From an uncultured Gemmatimonadaceae bacterium (GTDB lineage: Bacteria > Gemmatimonadota > Gemmatimonadetes > Gemmatimonadales > Gemmatimonadaceae): DNA of 64,000 bases. Below the pieces are notes generated by a model. It had not been told where the DNA came from and ran no database searches. It was given only the letters and a program-made list of their open reading frames with translations. The stretch lies in contig CAWAGQ010000007.1 of NCBI GenBank assembly GCA_963781585.1, positions 192,001-256,000 on the forward strand, in the 5' to 3' direction. This document shows, piece by piece, positions 61,696 through 64,000 of this stretch (within the stretch, counting starts at the first letter, position 1; every line of letters begins with the position of its first letter). The translations under genes and the position numbers were made by a program.

Positions 61696-63669
61696 ATGTC
61701 CCACCACTCAATTCGCGACGTTGCGCTGCGCGGTGTCCGGATCCTGTACGCCCGACTCCTGCCGCGTCGAGCAGGGTACGCGTCGCGCGCCACGGTGGTC
61801 CTGCTCGCGACCGCGGCGCTGTTCGGCGCTGTGCGTCGGGGTCGCCGATCGACGGACGCGGTGGGCGGTGCCCACGCCGCGTCCGGCGTCGGCCTCGGCG
61901 CTGGTCCATCCGCCGGGGTGCGACGCGGTGCGCTTGTGCGAAATGCGGTCGCGCACGATCTCTCGGCGCGCCTCGGTCCGATCGGGACAGCGGGCGGTTT
62001 CGACGGCGAACGACAGGGCGCGACTGCGCCGCCGCCGCCGGCCATCACCGTACCGGCGGGATCGCGAGACATCGAACAGACGTCCCAGGGCACGCGCCCC
62101 GCGGCGGAGTTCGTGGCGCGGTTCGATGGCCTCGGCGCCGGGTTCGCCGGGCCACAGGGCACCGTCACCGCGCGCAATCCATCCGACAACAGTCTGGCCG
62201 TGGGTCCGGACCACATCGTCCAGATCGTGAACTCGCGGATGGCGATCTTCAGCAAGGCGGGGCACCGATACGATTCCACCGGCCAGGTGCTGTACGGGCC
62301 GGTGCCTACCAACAACGTCTTCCGGGGCTTCGGCGGGTCGTGCGAGGCACGGAACAACGGGGACGCCGTGGTCCGCTACGACCAGCTGGCGGGGCGGTGG
62401 CTGATCGTGATGCCGATCTTCTCGCGCGGAGACGTTAGGCAGGACGACCAGCCGCCCGGCCGCTCGGGTGAGCCGGCCCGGCGCAGCCGGCCCGGCCAAC
62501 CCGGGCAGCCGGGAGCGTCGGTCCGCCTCTTCGAACCGCCGCCGCCGGACCCCGCCGACTCGGGACGTGGCGGGCGCCCGGGGCGGGGTGGGGGTCGCCA
62601 GACCGGCCGCGGCTCGCCAGGTCCCCAGGGGCAGTACGCGATGTGCTACGCCGTGAGCGTGGGCGACGACCCTTTCGGACCGTACTACCGCTACGAGTTC
62701 GTACGGCCGCTCTTCCCCGACTATCCGCGGCCCGCCATCTGGCCCGACGGCTACTACGTGCCGACCAGCACCGGCGATGACGTCATCCAGAAGCACGCCT
62801 GCGTGGCCGACCGCGTGCGGATGCTGAATGGGCTGGATGCCACCGAGCAGTGCGTGGTGATCGACCGCGTCAACTTCCTCAACAACGCGGACCTCGACGG
62901 CATGGCCCTTCCGCCGCGCGGCGCGCCGAACATCATGATGGCCACCGGCGGCACGCAGTTGAAGAAGGAGTTCGAGGGAGCCGCGATCTACGTCTGGACC
63001 TTTCACGTGGACTGGGCGGATCCGGCCGGAACGCGCGTCGCGGGGCCGACCCGGATTCCGGTGGCGCCGTATCACTATCTGTGCGACGGGCAGCTCACGA
63101 GCTGCGTGCCGCAGCCCGGCACCGATCGGCGGCTCGACGCCCAGGGCGACAAGCTGATGGCGCGGCTGGTCTACCGTCGGGTGGGGAACCGCGAGTGGAT
63201 CGTGGCCGTGCATTCGGTGAATACTGCGGCCGGCGGGGGCGGCGTGCGCTGGTACCAGTTCACGTTAGGCAGGGGACGCCGGGTGGCGCTCACCCAGCAG
63301 GGCACCTACGCCCCCGACAGCTTCTTCCGATGGATGGGCAGTCCGGCCATCGACCGCCGCGGCAACATCGCCATCGGCTACTCGTTCGGCGGGACGCCCA
63401 ATTTCGCCGGGCAGCGGTTCGCGGGACGCCTGGCTGACGATCCGAAGGGCCTCCTCACCCTCCGTGAGGCAGTGCTCGCGGAGGGTGAGGAGGTCCAGAC
63501 GAACACCCTGCGCTGGGAAGATTACGCCCAGACCGCTGTCGACCCGAGCGACGACTGCACGATCTGGTACGTCGGTGACTATATAATGAAAGGCGCCGCA
63601 GGCTATTCCACCCGCATCGGCGCCTTCCGGATGCCCGGATGCGGTTCCGCGCGAGACGCACGACGCTGA
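61696..63669 (+). CDS. Hypothetical extracellular protein
   Basis: SDNSLAVGPDHIVQIVN, YDQLAGRW, FPDYPR, RWEDY..VDPSDDCTIWY; start uncertain. Confidence 0.7.
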   Translation: MSHHSIRDVALRGVRILYARLLPRRAGYASRATVVLLATAALFGAVRRGRRSTDAVGGAHAASGVGLGAGPSAGVRRGALVRNAVAHDLSARLGPIGTAGGFDGERQGATAPPPPAITVPAGSRDIEQTSQGTRPAAEFVARFDGLGAGFAGPQGTVTARNPSDNSLAVGPDHIVQIVNSRMAIFSKAGHRYDSTGQVLYGPVPTNNVFRGFGGSCEARNNGDAVVRYDQLAGRWLIVMPIFSRGDVRQDDQPPGRSGEPARRSRPGQPGQPGASVRLFEPPPPDPADSGRGGRPGRGGGRQTGRGSPGPQGQYAMCYAVSVGDDPFGPYYRYEFVRPLFPDYPRPAIWPDGYYVPTSTGDDVIQKHACVADRVRMLNGLDATEQCVVIDRVNFLNNADLDGMALPPRGAPNIMMATGGTQLKKEFEGAAIYVWTFHVDWADPAGTRVAGPTRIPVAPYHYLCDGQLTSCVPQPGTDRRLDAQGDKLMARLVYRRVGNREWIVAVHSVNTAAGGGGVRWYQFTLGRGRRVALTQQGTYAPDSFFRWMGSPAIDRRGNIAIGYSFGGTPNFAGQRFAGRLADDPKGLLTLREAVLAEGEEVQTNTLRWEDYAQTAVDPSDDCTIWYVGDYIMKGAAGYSTRIGAFRMPGCGSARDARR

Positions 63670-63754
63670 TCCGGCCGCAGGAGCGGGCCGCGGCTGGCGC
63701 GTCGGAACCTCGTGATACACCACGCGTAGGGAGGATCATGATGGAGCGGCTCTC

Positions 63755-64000
63755 GTGACTCCGTGGGTTCTCAGGCTGCTGTTCGCCAACGTCGCGGTCT
63801 TCTTTCTGCAGATGACCATGCCGTCGCTGGCGAACAGCCTGGTGTTCGTCCCGGCACTGGTGCTCGTGCGCCCGTGGACCGTGGTCACGTACATGTTCCT
63901 GCACGGGAACTTCATGCACATCGCCTTCAACATGCTGGCCCTGTACTTCTTCGGGCCGCAGGTGGAGGCGCGGCTTGGATCGCAGCGCTTCGTGACGTTG
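63755..64000 (+). CDS. Rhomboid family intramembrane serine protease (partial)
   Basis: Manual translation: PWTVVTYMFLHGNFMHIAFNMLALYFFGPQVE. Confidence 0.88.
   Translation, partial: MTPWVLRLLFANVAVFFLQMTMPSLANSLVFVPALVLVRPWTVVTYMFLHGNFMHIAFNMLALYFFGPQVEARLGSQRFVTL

Overview
High-GC bacterial chromosomal DNA (roughly upper-60s % GC by eye). The gene content suggests Gemmatimonadota, which is an inference from three MacB/FtsX-duplicated ABC permeases, 6-bladed propeller lipoproteins, carboxypeptidase-regulatory-like outer-membrane proteins and ECF sigmas. In order the window holds: an amino-sugar utilisation/salvage cluster (GH109-like, GalK-like kinase, nucleotidyltransferase, SSS symporter, GH20); a TolC/MFP/RND operon; a GxxExxY nuclease gene followed by a palindromic 9-mer repeat array, into which an intact IS110 has inserted with readable bridge-RNA guide segments; a ~7.4 kb decaying accessory cassette bracketed by ~88 bp direct repeats (DsbA plus an 8-Cys secreted peptide, ISL3/IS256 scars, broken toxin-antitoxin genes); a MutS-like ATPase; an FMN-binding/ApbE/RnfD-like flavinylation operon; two ECF loci; OmpA; an amino-acid ABC system; an ABC exporter plus DUF1854-like gene preceded by an unannotated uORF-terminator attenuator ending in Arg-Ala-Pro-stop; then MFS, amidohydrolase, hybrid kinase and rhomboid genes. 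The heptamer CCTAACG/CGTTAGG is over-represented across the window. No rRNA, tRNA or CRISPR array was recognised. All family calls come from reading motifs, not from database searches.
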